Below are positions 43,865 through 53,340 of a stretch of DNA of 64,000 nt, in pieces. Every line of letters starts with the position of its first letter. Position 1 is the stretch's first letter. The translations under genes and the position numbers were made by a program. The notes under the pieces were generated by a model, which searched no databases, had not been told where the DNA came from, and saw nothing but the letters and a program-made list of their open reading frames with translations. This stretch comes from an uncultured Bacteroidota bacterium (GTDB taxonomy: Bacteria; Bacteroidota; Bacteroidia; Flavobacteriales; BACL11), in NCBI GenBank assembly GCA_902587125.1, contig CACIJW010000003.1:28378-92377 (forward strand), in the 5' to 3' direction.

Positions 43865-44512
43865 TTGCGAATAATATTTGCATTTATATTTCTATCATCA
43901 TGCTTCCAGCAAATCGAAGAAGAATTTACCTTTAACGATGGCGACTTTCTATTTCAAGATTTAGATTCCTCTCCCCTTTGTGAGGCTATCGAAAATGTTA
44001 CTCCAGGATTTAATAACATGAATTTCTCACATGTTGGGATTGTGTCTATTATCGATGGAACTCCAATGGTTTATGAAGCATACCCTCCATCTGTACAACT
44101 GATTGATCTCAAAGTTTTTCTAAATCGAAGCCTAGACACAAATAATAAACCAAAAGTTATTGTTGGCAGACTAAAAAAAGAATATCGCAAATCTATTAGA
44201 AGCGCTATTAGTTTTATTGAAAATAAAGTTGGCACCAAGTATGATGACTTTTTTTTGTACGAAAACAATCAATTCTATTGCTCTGAGTTACTTTATGATG
44301 CTTTTTTAAAAGATTCCATTTTTGAACTTCGACCAATGAATTATAAATACCAAGATTCTAATGAATTTCAAAAACAATGGATAAACCACTTCAAAAAACT
44401 TGACTCTGAAATTCCTCAGGGAAAATTAGGCATTAATCCTGGCACAATGTCTATCTCAGAAAAAATTGAAATTGTTCAAATTTTTGGAGAAGTGAGTAAA
44501 AAATCTAATTAA
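43865..44512 (+). CDS. YiiX/YaeF-like permuted papain-fold (NlpC/P60 superfamily) lipoprotein
   Basis: 215 aa with a TTG start. Lipobox FLSSC. Contains DGDFLF, FSHVGIV, VYEA and NQFYCSELLYDAF, the ordered motifs I associate with the YiiX family. Confidence 0.65.
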   Translation: MRIIFAFIFLSSCFQQIEEEFTFNDGDFLFQDLDSSPLCEAIENVTPGFNNMNFSHVGIVSIIDGTPMVYEAYPPSVQLIDLKVFLNRSLDTNNKPKVIVGRLKKEYRKSIRSAISFIENKVGTKYDDFFLYENNQFYCSELLYDAFLKDSIFELRPMNYKYQDSNEFQKQWINHFKKLDSEIPQGKLGINPGTMSISEKIEIVQIFGEVSKKSN

Positions 44513-44828
44513 TTTTTGGATTGTTTTTATGCCTTTTCTTATCTCGAATTGATTTAAGTTTCATTTTTTTTTGAAATTCTAAATTCAAATCAGTATTTGT
44601 TTGATTAGCTATACACAAGACAACAAATAAAATGTCTGCAAGCTCCTCGCCTATGTTATTCTTATCGTTTTCTTTAAATGACTGTTCACCATAAATACGA
44701 CTCATCACTCTAGCTAACTCCCCAACTTCCTCCGTTAAAATTGCCATATTTGTAAGTTCATTAAAATATCTAACACCGTGTTGATTTATCCAATCATCAA
44801 CTTGAATTTGTAAATCTTTCATATTCAT
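44505..44828 (-). CDS. MazG-like nucleotide pyrophosphohydrolase
   Basis: 107 aa. Contains EEVGELARV and EELADILFVVLCIAN, the EExxE/ExxD helices of the MazG fold. Confidence 0.75.
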   Translation of the reverse strand: MNMKDLQIQVDDWINQHGVRYFNELTNMAILTEEVGELARVMSRIYGEQSFKENDKNNIGEELADILFVVLCIANQTNTDLNLEFQKKMKLKSIRDKKRHKNNPKIN

Positions 44829-45280
44829 TATTCTTTGTTTTTTGAGTCAATAATTATTGTAACCGGGCCATCGTTTTCTAGTCTAATTTTCATATCAGCG
44901 CCAAAAATACCCTGGCTGATTTTGTTTTTATAAAGTTCTCCTATAGTTAATATAAATTTATCATAGAGTGTCTTTGAAGTTTCTGATTTTGCAGATTTAA
45001 TAAATGAGGGTCTATTTCCTTTTTTTGTTTTAGCATGCAAAGTAAACTGACTTACTATTAAAACATCTCCTTTTACATCTTTCACACTTAATTCCATTTT
45101 ATTTCCTTTATTAGAAAATATTCTCAAGTTTAAGATTTTATTTGCGATCCAATCACAATCTGTAGTATTGTCATTAATCTCAAAGCCTACAAAAACCAAT
45201 AATCCCTTGTTTATTGAACTTATTTTTTTTTCATTCACATGAACAGATGCATTTAAAACTCTTTGAATAACAACTCTCAT
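44828..45280 (-). CDS. dtd: D-aminoacyl-tRNA deacylase
   Basis: 150 aa starting MRVVIQRV, with SQFTLHA, GNRPSF and NDGPVT. Confidence 0.92.
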   Translation of the reverse strand: MRVVIQRVLNASVHVNEKKISSINKGLLVFVGFEINDNTTDCDWIANKILNLRIFSNKGNKMELSVKDVKGDVLIVSQFTLHAKTKKGNRPSFIKSAKSETSKTLYDKFILTIGELYKNKISQGIFGADMKIRLENDGPVTIIIDSKNKE

Positions 45281-46188
45281 CTATATATATCTTCAGATCT
45301 AAACATTGAACAATAATTATCATATCTTGATGATAAAATAACTCCTGAACTTACTAGTTTTTTAATTTCACAGCTAGGCTCATTAATATGCACACAATTT
45401 GAATACTTACATTTGTGTTGATTTTGCACAAACTCAGGAAAATATTTACTAATATCTTTCCTATCAATTTTAACCAATCCAAATCCTCTAATACCCGGAG
45501 TGTCAATTAATGAGGTTTCATTATCTAGGTCATATATTTCAGAAAAAGTTGTAGTATGTTTTCCTTGCTCATGATAATCTGAGATTTCAGAAACTCTAAT
45601 GTTAAAATTTGAATTAAGCTTGTTTATTAATGTTGATTTTCCAACACCAGAATGTCCTGAAATTAGGCTAAATTTCCCTTTAATAAGTTTCTTAATACTT
45701 TCAAGGCTATCGTGCTCAAATGATATTTTCAAACAACTATATCCAATTTTTTTATAGTAATTAAACAAAGAATCAAGACTTTGTAATTCTTCTTTATTTA
45801 ACAAATCTGTTTTGTTAAAAATTATTGATACTGGAACATTATTATGCTCACAAGCAACTAAAAATCTATCAATAAAACTTGTAGATGTTTTAGGTGATTT
45901 TTTTGTAACAATTAATAAACACTGATCAACATTAGCGGCTATTATATGCCTTCTTTTACTTAGCTTAACAGATTTCCTTGCAATAAAATTTTTTCTTTCA
46001 AAAAGTTGGACAATAGACCAATCATCATTTTGATTTTTGATTTCCACTTTATCTCCAATAACTATTGGACTAGTAGAGTCAGCATCTAAATTTCTTAATT
46101 TTCCTGCTAATGTTGCAGTTACTATTTCTCCATCATTTTTTTTTACTGAAAAATATTTTCCAAGTGACTTTTGCACAACAGCTTCCAT
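45277..46188 (-). CDS. rsgA: ribosome small-subunit-dependent GTPase A
   Basis: 303 aa. Circularly permuted GTPase order NKTDL ... GHSGVGKSTLINKL ... DTPGIRGF, and a zinc knuckle CKYSNCVHINEPSC. Confidence 0.92.
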   Translation of the reverse strand: MEAVVQKSLGKYFSVKKNDGEIVTATLAGKLRNLDADSTSPIVIGDKVEIKNQNDDWSIVQLFERKNFIARKSVKLSKRRHIIAANVDQCLLIVTKKSPKTSTSFIDRFLVACEHNNVPVSIIFNKTDLLNKEELQSLDSLFNYYKKIGYSCLKISFEHDSLESIKKLIKGKFSLISGHSGVGKSTLINKLNSNFNIRVSEISDYHEQGKHTTTFSEIYDLDNETSLIDTPGIRGFGLVKIDRKDISKYFPEFVQNQHKCKYSNCVHINEPSCEIKKLVSSGVILSSRYDNYCSMFRSEDIYR

Positions 46189-46192
46189 AAAA

Positions 46193-46200
46193 CAAATATA
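46193..46200 (-). promoter_or_regulatory. putative -7 box (TATATTTG) 4 nt upstream of the rsgA ATG
   Basis: The minus strand reads TATATTTG-TTTT-ATG. Confidence 0.4.
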
Positions 46201-46212
46201 ATCAGTATTTTC

Positions 46213-46220
46213 TATCTTTG
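46213..46220 (+). promoter_or_regulatory. putative -7 box (TATCTTTG) 4 nt upstream of the ABC ATPase ATG
   Basis: The plus strand reads TATCTTTG-CTTT-ATG (ATG at 46225). Confidence 0.4.
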
Positions 46221-46224
46221 CTTT

Positions 46225-46917
46225 ATGATAATTTCTATAAAAAATATATCTAAAAGTTATGCCAATATAAATGCACTTTTGAATGTTTCAATTGATCTTA
46301 ATGAAGGTGATATAGTTGGACTTATTGGAGAAAATGGTGCTGGAAAAACAACACTATTAAAAATTATATCTTGTCTTTTAAGACAGTCTGCTGGTAAAGT
46401 TTTTATAGACAAATTGGATACTGAATATGACGAGTATAATATTAAATCTAAAATTGGATATTTGGCTGAGAACAATCCATTGTATGAAGAAATGAAGGTT
46501 AAAGAATATTTAATTTTCACATCAAAATTATACGGTTTAAAAAACTTTAAAAAACAAATAAATGAATATCAAAAACTTACAGAAATATCTGATTTATCAT
46601 TTAGAAAAATTAGCGAGCTTTCAAAAGGACAAAAGCAAAGAGTTGGATTATGCTCATGCTTGTTACATGAACCAAAAATTTTAATTTTAGATGAACCAAC
46701 AACAGGATTAGATCCTAGGCAACTAATTCACTTCAGAGATCTAATAAAAAAAATCTCAAAAAATAAAATTATAATTTTTTCCACCCATATTATCAACGAA
46801 GTGAGCAAAGTTTGTAACAGAATTGTAATTCTAAAAAAAGGTATTGTAAAAAAAGATATAAGCATTAATGAAACAGATAATATTGAGAAAATATTTGAAT
46901 CAACAATTGAAAGCTAA
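46225..46917 (+). CDS. ABC transporter ATP-binding protein, GldA-like, with no adjacent permease
   Basis: The internal ATG gives MIISIKNISKSY (230 aa). Walker A GENGAGKTTLL, signature LSKGQKQRV, Walker B ILILDEPTTGLD. The stretch IGYLAENNPLYEEMKVKEYLIF resembles the gliding-motility ATPase GldA as I remember it. Confidence 0.85.
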   Translation: MIISIKNISKSYANINALLNVSIDLNEGDIVGLIGENGAGKTTLLKIISCLLRQSAGKVFIDKLDTEYDEYNIKSKIGYLAENNPLYEEMKVKEYLIFTSKLYGLKNFKKQINEYQKLTEISDLSFRKISELSKGQKQRVGLCSCLLHEPKILILDEPTTGLDPRQLIHFRDLIKKISKNKIIIFSTHIINEVSKVCNRIVILKKGIVKKDISINETDNIEKIFESTIES

Positions 46918-47867
46918 TTAAATTTTGAAACTATATCAATTATGTTAGATGAATTTCCCATAGTGTAATAGTGAACACATGGAACTCCGTAATCGATTAA
47001 CTCCTTAGTTTGGTTTATAGCCCACTCAACTCCAACTTTTCTAATATCCTCATTGTTTTTACACTTTAAGATATTTTTTACTAGTTCCTCGGGTAAATTT
47101 AGATGAAATCTGTGTGGTAATAAATTTAAATGTTTCTTTATAGATATTGGCTTTAGCCCTGGAACAATTGGTACATTAATATTATTATCTCTACATAATT
47201 TTACAAAATCAAAATATTTTTGATTATCAAAAAACATTTGTGTTACGATATACTCAGCTCCTAATTCAACTTTTTTCTTTAAAAAATAAATATCCGAATT
47301 CATATTAGGAGATTCAAAATGTTTCTCTGGATATCCTGCCACACCGACGCAAAAATTTGTTGAATGTGTATTTTTTATGTCTTCATCTAAATATTTTCCT
47401 TTGTTCATAGAGCAAACTTGATTAATGAGATCACTGGCATATTTGTGTCCGTCATTTTCAGGTGAAAAATAAGTTTCAGATTTGATAGGGTCACCTCTCA
47501 GTACTAAGACATTATCAATTCCCAAGAAATCTAAATCTATTAATGCATTCTCCGTTTCCTCTTTGTTGAACCCACCACAAATTATGTGAGGAACTGTATC
47601 AATTTGAAATTTGTTCATAATTGCAGAACAAATACCAACAGTTCCAGGTCTTTTTCTTACTGCTTTTCTTTCTAGCAATCCATTATTTTGTTTTTTATAT
47701 ATGTATTCCTCTCTATGATAGGTGACATCAATAAATGGAGGGTTAAACTCCATTAATGGTTTTAGATTTTCGTACAATGAATTTATACTTTTACCTTTTA
47801 AAGGTGGTAATATTTCAAATGAAAATAATGTTTCTTTAGCTTGCTTAAAATGTTCTGTAACTTTCAT
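46914..47867 (-). CDS. metF: 5,10-methylenetetrahydrofolate reductase
   Basis: 317 aa starting FSFEILPPLKG, with an MTHFR-type TIM-barrel pattern. Immediately downstream of metH. Confidence 0.88.
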   Translation of the reverse strand: MKVTEHFKQAKETLFSFEILPPLKGKSINSLYENLKPLMEFNPPFIDVTYHREEYIYKKQNNGLLERKAVRKRPGTVGICSAIMNKFQIDTVPHIICGGFNKEETENALIDLDFLGIDNVLVLRGDPIKSETYFSPENDGHKYASDLINQVCSMNKGKYLDEDIKNTHSTNFCVGVAGYPEKHFESPNMNSDIYFLKKKVELGAEYIVTQMFFDNQKYFDFVKLCRDNNINVPIVPGLKPISIKKHLNLLPHRFHLNLPEELVKNILKCKNNEDIRKVGVEWAINQTKELIDYGVPCVHYYTMGNSSNIIDIVSKFN

Positions 47868-47870
47868 AAT

Positions 47871-50800
47871 TTAAATGTTTGATAGAAGCCATTTCCTAAC
47901 TTCCTTGATTGTCATATTTTTTCTTTTTGCGTAATCCTCAATTTGGTCATCCTGTATCTTTCCAACAGGAAAGTATTTTGAGTTTGGATGTGAAAAATAA
48001 TATCCACTTACTGTTGAACTTGGAGACATAGCCATACTTTCAGTAAGTGAGGCTCCAATATTTTTCTTTGCGTTTAAAATTTTAAAAATTTTTAATTTTT
48101 CAGTATGATCAGGACAAGCTGTATAGCCTGGTGCTGGTCTAATTCCAGTATAAACTTCATCAATTAAGTCACTGTTAGAATAATTTTCATCACTAGAATA
48201 TGCCCAAAGTTCTTTTCTAACTTTTTCATGCATATATTCAGTAAGTGCTTCTGCTAATCTGTCAGAAATAGATTTAAACATTATTGTGCTGTAATCATCT
48301 TGATCTAACTCAAAATTCACCAGTGGAGTTCCTTTATATAAGTCTGCAGAGCAAACAAATGCGCCGACATAATCATTTTTTCCAGACTCTTTTGGTGCAA
48401 TGTAATCTGATAAAGACAGATTATTTTTTGCTTTTAAAGTTTGTTGTCTCAACATACAAAAGGTTTCTAAATGTGAATTATCAGAATTTTTTAATAGAAT
48501 ATCATCTCCATCTGAGCATGCAGACCAAATTCCAATCACAGATTTGAGCTCTATCCAATCATTATCAATAATTTTCTTAAGCATTTCATTAGCATCATTA
48601 AATAACTTTTGAGCTTGAACACCGTACTTTTCATCTTCGAAAATATGTGGGTATTTTTGCTTCATTTCCCAAGTGTAAAAAAATGGAGTCCAATCAATAT
48701 AATTAATTATATCCTCAATTTTTATTTTAAAAACCTTGACCCCAGTAAAACCAGGAACAGGAATATTATACTCTTTCCAATTTGTTTTTAATTTATTGGC
48801 TCTAGCTTCATCCAAAGAAATAAATTTCTTTTGGTTTTTTCTCTCTAAGTAATTTTTTTTAATTTTTTGATAATCTGAGTCCAGTTCATTACAAAATTCA
48901 ACTTTCTCTTTTGAAAATAAACTACTGATGACACCAACAGATTTTGATGCATCAAGTATGTGAATTACTGGACTTTCATAATGATGATTTATTTTTACTG
49001 CTGTATGCACCTTGGAAGTAGTTGCGCCACCAATGACTAAAGGAATCTTCATGTTCCTATTTTGCATTTCTTTTGCAACATATACCATTTCATCTAAAGA
49101 AGGAGTAATTAATCCACTCAGTCCAATAACATCAACTTTATTTTTAACTGCCTCATCTAAAATCTTGTCACACGGAACCATTACACCTAGGTCAATAATT
49201 TCATAATTATTGCATCCCAAAACAACACTAACTATATTTTTTCCAATGTCATGAACATCTCCTTTCACGGTTGCTAGTAACACTTTTCCAGCTGTCGATT
49301 TCTTTCCTTTGCTTCTTTCAATATATGGTGTTAAAATTGAAACCGCCTTTTTCATGACTCTTGCACTTTTAACAACTTGAGGAAGAAACATTTTGCCAGA
49401 TCCAAACAAATCTCCAACAATATTCATACCATCCATCAACGGACCCTCTATTACCTCAATTGGTTTTTTAAACTTTTTCCTTGCTTCCTCTACATCCTCC
49501 TCCAAGTAAGAAATAACTCCTTTTACTAAGGAATATGATAATCTTTCATTTGTATTTCTTTTTCTCCACTCTAAGTCCTCTTTTCTTTCTTTACTCTTTC
49601 CCGATACCTTCTCAGCTACAGATAAAAGTCTTTCTGTTGCGTTTGAATCTTTGTTTAACAAAACATCCTCCACAGCTTTTAAAATGTTTTTTGGTATTTC
49701 TTCATATACCTCTATCATACCTGCATTAACAATGCCCATGTCTAGACCATTTTTTATAGCATGAAATAGAAAAGCAGAATGCATTGCCTCTCTTATTATA
49801 TTATTTCCTCTAAATGAAAAAGAGACATTGCTGACACCTCCACTAACTTTTGCGTTTGGTAAATTTTCTTTAATCCATTTTGTTGCCTTAAAAAAATCTA
49901 CTGCATAATTGTTATGTTCTTCAATTCCGGTTGCAACTGTTAATATATTGGGATCAAATATTATATCTTGAGATGGGAAACCAACTTTTTGTGTTAGTAT
50001 TTCATATGCTCTTTTACAAATTCTAATTTTATCTTCATAGTTAACAGCTTGTCCATTTTCATCAAATGCCATTACAACTAAAGCTGCACCATAGCGCATT
50101 ACTTTTTTTGCTTGTTTAATAAAAATCTCTTCACCCTCTTTTAATGAAATCGAGTTAACAATTCCTTTACCTTGAACATGCTTCAATCCTTCTTCAATTA
50201 TTTCCCATTTGGAAGAATCAATCATAATTGGTACTCGAGAAATATCTGGATCCGAGGCAACTAGATTTAAAAATTTAGAAATTGATTCTTTACCATCAAT
50301 CATTCCATCATCCATGTTTATATCAATAATTTGAGCACCACCCTCAACTTGATTAAGAGCAACTTCTAGAGCATCTTCAAACTTATTTTCTTTTATTAAT
50401 TTTCTGAACTTTAAAGATCCTGTTACATTAGTTCTCTCTCCAATATTTACAAAGTTGAGTGAATTATTAATCGTTAATGGCTCTAGTCCACTCAATCTCA
50501 TCTCATCTTTTATACTTGGCACTAATCTTGGGTTATGAGCCTGCGCAACTTTGGAGAAAATTTTAATATGATCTGGCCCCGTACCGCAACAACCCCCAAT
50601 AATATTTACAATTTTTCTGCTGAGAAAATCATCAAGATAAGAAGCCATTTGAGATGGTCCCTCATCATACTCTCCCATTTCATTTGGTAAGCCTGCGTTA
50701 GGATAGGCACTAACAAAAAAAGGTGCTTTATCAGATAATTCTTTTATGTAAGGAATCATTGCCTTAGCTCCCAAAGCGCAATTAAATCCAACACTTAACA

Positions 50801-51494
50801 AGGGAATATGAGAAATAGAGTTTAAAAAAGCTTCTGTAGTTTGCCCTGATAATGTCCTACCACTTTCATCAGTTATTGTTCCTGAAACCATAATTGGAAG
50901 TCTTATTTTGAGAAGTTCAAAAGCCTCTTCGGCAGCATACAACGCAGCTTTGCAGTTGAGAGTGTCAAAAACTGTTTCAATCAATATTAAGTCAATCCCA
51001 CCGTCAATCAAAGCTAGTATTTGTTCTTTATATGATATCCTAAGTTGATCAAATGTAATTGACCGAAATGAGGGATCTTCTACATCTGGGGAGATTGATG
51101 CCGTCCTATTTGTTGGACCTATTGCGCCTGCAACAAATCTAGGTTTTTCCTTACTTGAAAACTTCTTTGCAGCCTCTTTTGCAATTTTTGCAGACATGAA
51201 GTTTAAATCATGTATGATTGTTCCTAAGTTATAATCATCCTGAGCTATTTTGTTACTGCTAAACGTATTAGTTTCAATTATATCAGCTCCAGCCTCTAAA
51301 AATTCTTCATGTATTTGCTTAATTATTTTAGGCTGTGTGATTGATAACAAATCATTATTACCTTTTAAATCACAATTATGATTAATAAATCTCTCTCCTC
51401 TAAAATCTTTTTCTGAAAGAGAATACTTTTGAATCATTGTTCCCATCGCTCCATCAAGAACTAAAACTCTATTTTTTAAAATATCTTCAATCAT
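47871..51494 (-). CDS. metH: cobalamin-dependent methionine synthase
   Basis: 1207 aa. Contains a homocysteine-binding domain, a pterin-binding domain, the B12-binding loop [11 protein letters not shown] (DxHxxG) and a C-terminal reactivation domain. Confidence 0.95.
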   Translation of the reverse strand: MIEDILKNRVLVLDGAMGTMIQKYSLSEKDFRGERFINHNCDLKGNNDLLSITQPKIIKQIHEEFLEAGADIIETNTFSSNKIAQDDYNLGTIIHDLNFMSAKIAKEAAKKFSSKEKPRFVAGAIGPTNRTASISPDVEDPSFRSITFDQLRISYKEQILALIDGGIDLILIETVFDTLNCKAALYAAEEAFELLKIRLPIMVSGTITDESGRTLSGQTTEAFLNSISHIPLLSVGFNCALGAKAMIPYIKELSDKAPFFVSAYPNAGLPNEMGEYDEGPSQMASYLDDFLSRKIVNIIGGCCGTGPDHIKIFSKVAQAHNPRLVPSIKDEMRLSGLEPLTINNSLNFVNIGERTNVTGSLKFRKLIKENKFEDALEVALNQVEGGAQIIDINMDDGMIDGKESISKFLNLVASDPDISRVPIMIDSSKWEIIEEGLKHVQGKGIVNSISLKEGEEIFIKQAKKVMRYGAALVVMAFDENGQAVNYEDKIRICKRAYEILTQKVGFPSQDIIFDPNILTVATGIEEHNNYAVDFFKATKWIKENLPNAKVSGGVSNVSFSFRGNNIIREAMHSAFLFHAIKNGLDMGIVNAGMIEVYEEIPKNILKAVEDVLLNKDSNATERLLSVAEKVSGKSKERKEDLEWRKRNTNERLSYSLVKGVISYLEEDVEEARKKFKKPIEVIEGPLMDGMNIVGDLFGSGKMFLPQVVKSARVMKKAVSILTPYIERSKGKKSTAGKVLLATVKGDVHDIGKNIVSVVLGCNNYEIIDLGVMVPCDKILDEAVKNKVDVIGLSGLITPSLDEMVYVAKEMQNRNMKIPLVIGGATTSKVHTAVKINHHYESPVIHILDASKSVGVISSLFSKEKVEFCNELDSDYQKIKKNYLERKNQKKFISLDEARANKLKTNWKEYNIPVPGFTGVKVFKIKIEDIINYIDWTPFFYTWEMKQKYPHIFEDEKYGVQAQKLFNDANEMLKKIIDNDWIELKSVIGIWSACSDGDDILLKNSDNSHLETFCMLRQQTLKAKNNLSLSDYIAPKESGKNDYVGAFVCSADLYKGTPLVNFELDQDDYSTIMFKSISDRLAEALTEYMHEKVRKELWAYSSDENYSNSDLIDEVYTGIRPAPGYTACPDHTEKLKIFKILNAKKNIGASLTESMAMSPSSTVSGYYFSHPNSKYFPVGKIQDDQIEDYAKRKNMTIKEVRKWLLSNI

Positions 51495-51544
51495 TTTAAT
51501 TAATTAGCGCAAATCAAAAAAGTCGGAAAATTAAATCAGTAATT

Positions 51545-51640
51545 CTCATCTTCCTTCAATCTTTTGAAGTGGGAATTGGCACCATCTTTAAAGGTTGCCA
51601 AGACATCATAGGGCCCATCCCTCCGTCTTTCTTGATAAGT
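51545..51640 (-). promoter_or_regulatory. SAM-I (S-box) riboswitch aptamer in the metH-metF leader
   Basis: The minus strand reads ACTTATCAAGAAAGACGGAGGGATGGGCCCTATGATGTCTTGGCAACCTTTAAAGATGGTGCCAATTCCCACTTCAAAAGATTGAAGGAAGATGAG. It carries the S-box core blocks CTTATCAAGA, GGAGGGA, GGCCC, GCAACC and GGTGCCAATTCC. P1 closes by pairing CUUAUC with GAUGAG. A U6 run lies downstream at 51516..51521. Confidence 0.85.
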
Positions 51641-51645
51641 CATCA

Positions 51646-51653
51646 CAAATTTA
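51646..51653 (-). promoter_or_regulatory. putative -7 box (TAAATTTG) driving the riboswitch-metH-metF transcript
   Basis: The minus strand reads TAAATTTG-TGATG-ACTTATC, ending 5 nt before the aptamer 5' end. Confidence 0.5.
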
Positions 51654-51674
51654 AAAATAATTCGTGAATAATAT

Positions 51675-51682
51675 TATCTTTG
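51675..51682 (+). promoter_or_regulatory. putative -7 box (TATCTTTG) for metK
   Basis: Matches TAnnTTTG, 59 nt upstream of the metK ATG. It lies back-to-back with the metH promoter box. Confidence 0.4.
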
Positions 51683-51741
51683 TTTAGACAATATCTTTAT
51701 TAAATCAAAAGATATTTAACCCAAAACAAAAAATTGATATT

Positions 51742-53004
51742 ATGTCATATTTCTTTACATCTGAATCAGTCTCTGAGGGACATCCTGATAAAGTAGCTGA
51801 TCAGATATCAGATTCACTGCTTGATAATTTTTTAGTCCAAGATAGTGAATCAAAGGTGGCTTGTGAGACATTAGTAACTACTGGGCTGACTGTTCTAAGC
51901 GGAGAGGTGAAAACAAATTCGTATGTAGACGTTCAAGAAGTTGCAAGAGAAACAATTAGAAAAATTGGATATACCAAATCTGAATATAAATTTGACGCTG
52001 ATAGTTGTGGAGTTATTTCTGCAATACATGAACAATCATCTGATATCAGACAGGGAGTAGTTGAAGGTGAAGGACTACACAAAGAACAAGGTGCTGGAGA
52101 CCAAGGGATGATGTTTGGGTATGCAACAAATGAAACTACAAGTTATATTCCTCTCGAACTTGACTTATCTCACCAAATTTTAGTAGAGTTATCTCAGATT
52201 AGAAAAACAAAGAAAGAAATGCTTTATTTGAGGCCTGATTCAAAATCTCAAGTCACAATTGAATATAATGATGAACATATTCCGGTGAAAATCAGTTCAA
52301 TTGTAATTTCTACTCAGCATGATGATTTTGACACTGAAGAAAACATGCTAAAGATAATTAAAGATGATATTTTGAATATTTTGATGCCCAAAGTTATCGA
52401 GAAACAATCTGATACTAACAAGAAACTTTTCGGAAAAGAAAAATATCATATAAATCCCACAGGAAAATTTGTTATTGGTGGCCCACATGGCGATACTGGA
52501 CTTACTGGCAGAAAAATAATCGTTGACACCTACGGTGGCAGAGGAGCTCACGGTGGTGGTGCATTCTCAGGTAAAGATCCATCAAAAGTTGATCGTTCAG
52601 CTGCTTATGCTACCAGACATATTGCAAAAAATATTGTAGCTGCTAAACTTTGTGATAAAGCGCTTGTACAGGTTTCTTATGCAATTGGAGTTTCTGAACC
52701 TATGGGAGTTTTTATTGATACTTTTGGAACATGTAATACAAATCACAATGACGGAGAAATCGCAAGTTTAATTTCAAAAATGGATTGCTTTAACCTTAAA
52801 CCTGCATCAATAATATCTAGACTTAAACTTAAAAACCCCATTTACTTTGAGACTGCTGCATACGGACATATGGGAAGAGAATCAGAGATAATCGAAAAGA
52901 CATTTATTGTACAAGGTAAATCAAAAAAAATACAAGTTGAAACATTTACGTGGGAAAAGCTTGATTGCGTAGATGAAGTAAAAACAACTTTTGGTATACA
53001 GTAA
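51742..53004 (+). CDS. metK: S-adenosylmethionine synthetase
   Basis: 420 aa. Contains GHPDKVADQISD, GAGDQGMMFGYA and GGGAFSGKDPSKVDRS. Confidence 0.97.
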   Translation: MSYFFTSESVSEGHPDKVADQISDSLLDNFLVQDSESKVACETLVTTGLTVLSGEVKTNSYVDVQEVARETIRKIGYTKSEYKFDADSCGVISAIHEQSSDIRQGVVEGEGLHKEQGAGDQGMMFGYATNETTSYIPLELDLSHQILVELSQIRKTKKEMLYLRPDSKSQVTIEYNDEHIPVKISSIVISTQHDDFDTEENMLKIIKDDILNILMPKVIEKQSDTNKKLFGKEKYHINPTGKFVIGGPHGDTGLTGRKIIVDTYGGRGAHGGGAFSGKDPSKVDRSAAYATRHIAKNIVAAKLCDKALVQVSYAIGVSEPMGVFIDTFGTCNTNHNDGEIASLISKMDCFNLKPASIISRLKLKNPIYFETAAYGHMGRESEIIEKTFIVQGKSKKIQVETFTWEKLDCVDEVKTTFGIQ

Positions 53005-53340
53005 ATGCAACTTTATTTTACTTTATTACTTCTTTTTTTTTCTAATCTTTTATTTTGTCAACTTGAGCAAAAATATGATTTGAGTTCAAAAAATCTACCA
53101 TATTGGGTCACTCTAATGTATGACGAGAAATCTGATGTGTGTAACGTAATTCAAGAGTATGAAAAATTTTATAGAGAAAATGAGTTTAAAAAAAAAAAAT
53201 ATACTCAATATTACAAGAGATGGCTTAGAGATTAAAGTAGAAGTACAAAAGTTGACCTGACAGCACACAAAAAAGGTATATATCAGATAATTTTTGAGAG
53301 TAATGATAAATTAAGAAACTTCAAATTAGTAAATCTCTAA
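53005..53340 (+). pseudogene. possible remnant of a T9SS-secreted protein (signal peptide + ~55 aa, in-frame stop, then a CTD-like tail)
   Basis: The 76-aa ORF is MQLYFTLLLLFFSNLLFCQ...NVIQEYEKFYRENEFKKKKYTQYYKRWLRD followed by TAA. The same frame continues for 34 codons, SRSTKVDLTAHKKGIYQIIFESNDKLRNFKLVNL, then stops. That tail resembles the last strands of a type A sorting domain (G-I-Y ... F-K-L-V). Confidence 0.35.

Noticed and set aside
51495-51741. Cobalamin riboswitch upstream of B12-dependent metH
   Set aside because: Only the S-box core is present. I could not find a B12-box-like element, and the remaining spacer is too short and AT-rich.
53187-53198. A12 tract as a frameshift site that would restore a long ORF in the metK-lpdA remnant
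   Set aside because: I translated the -1 and +1 frames after the tract. Both terminate within about 20 codons, so a simple slippage does not rescue a gene.
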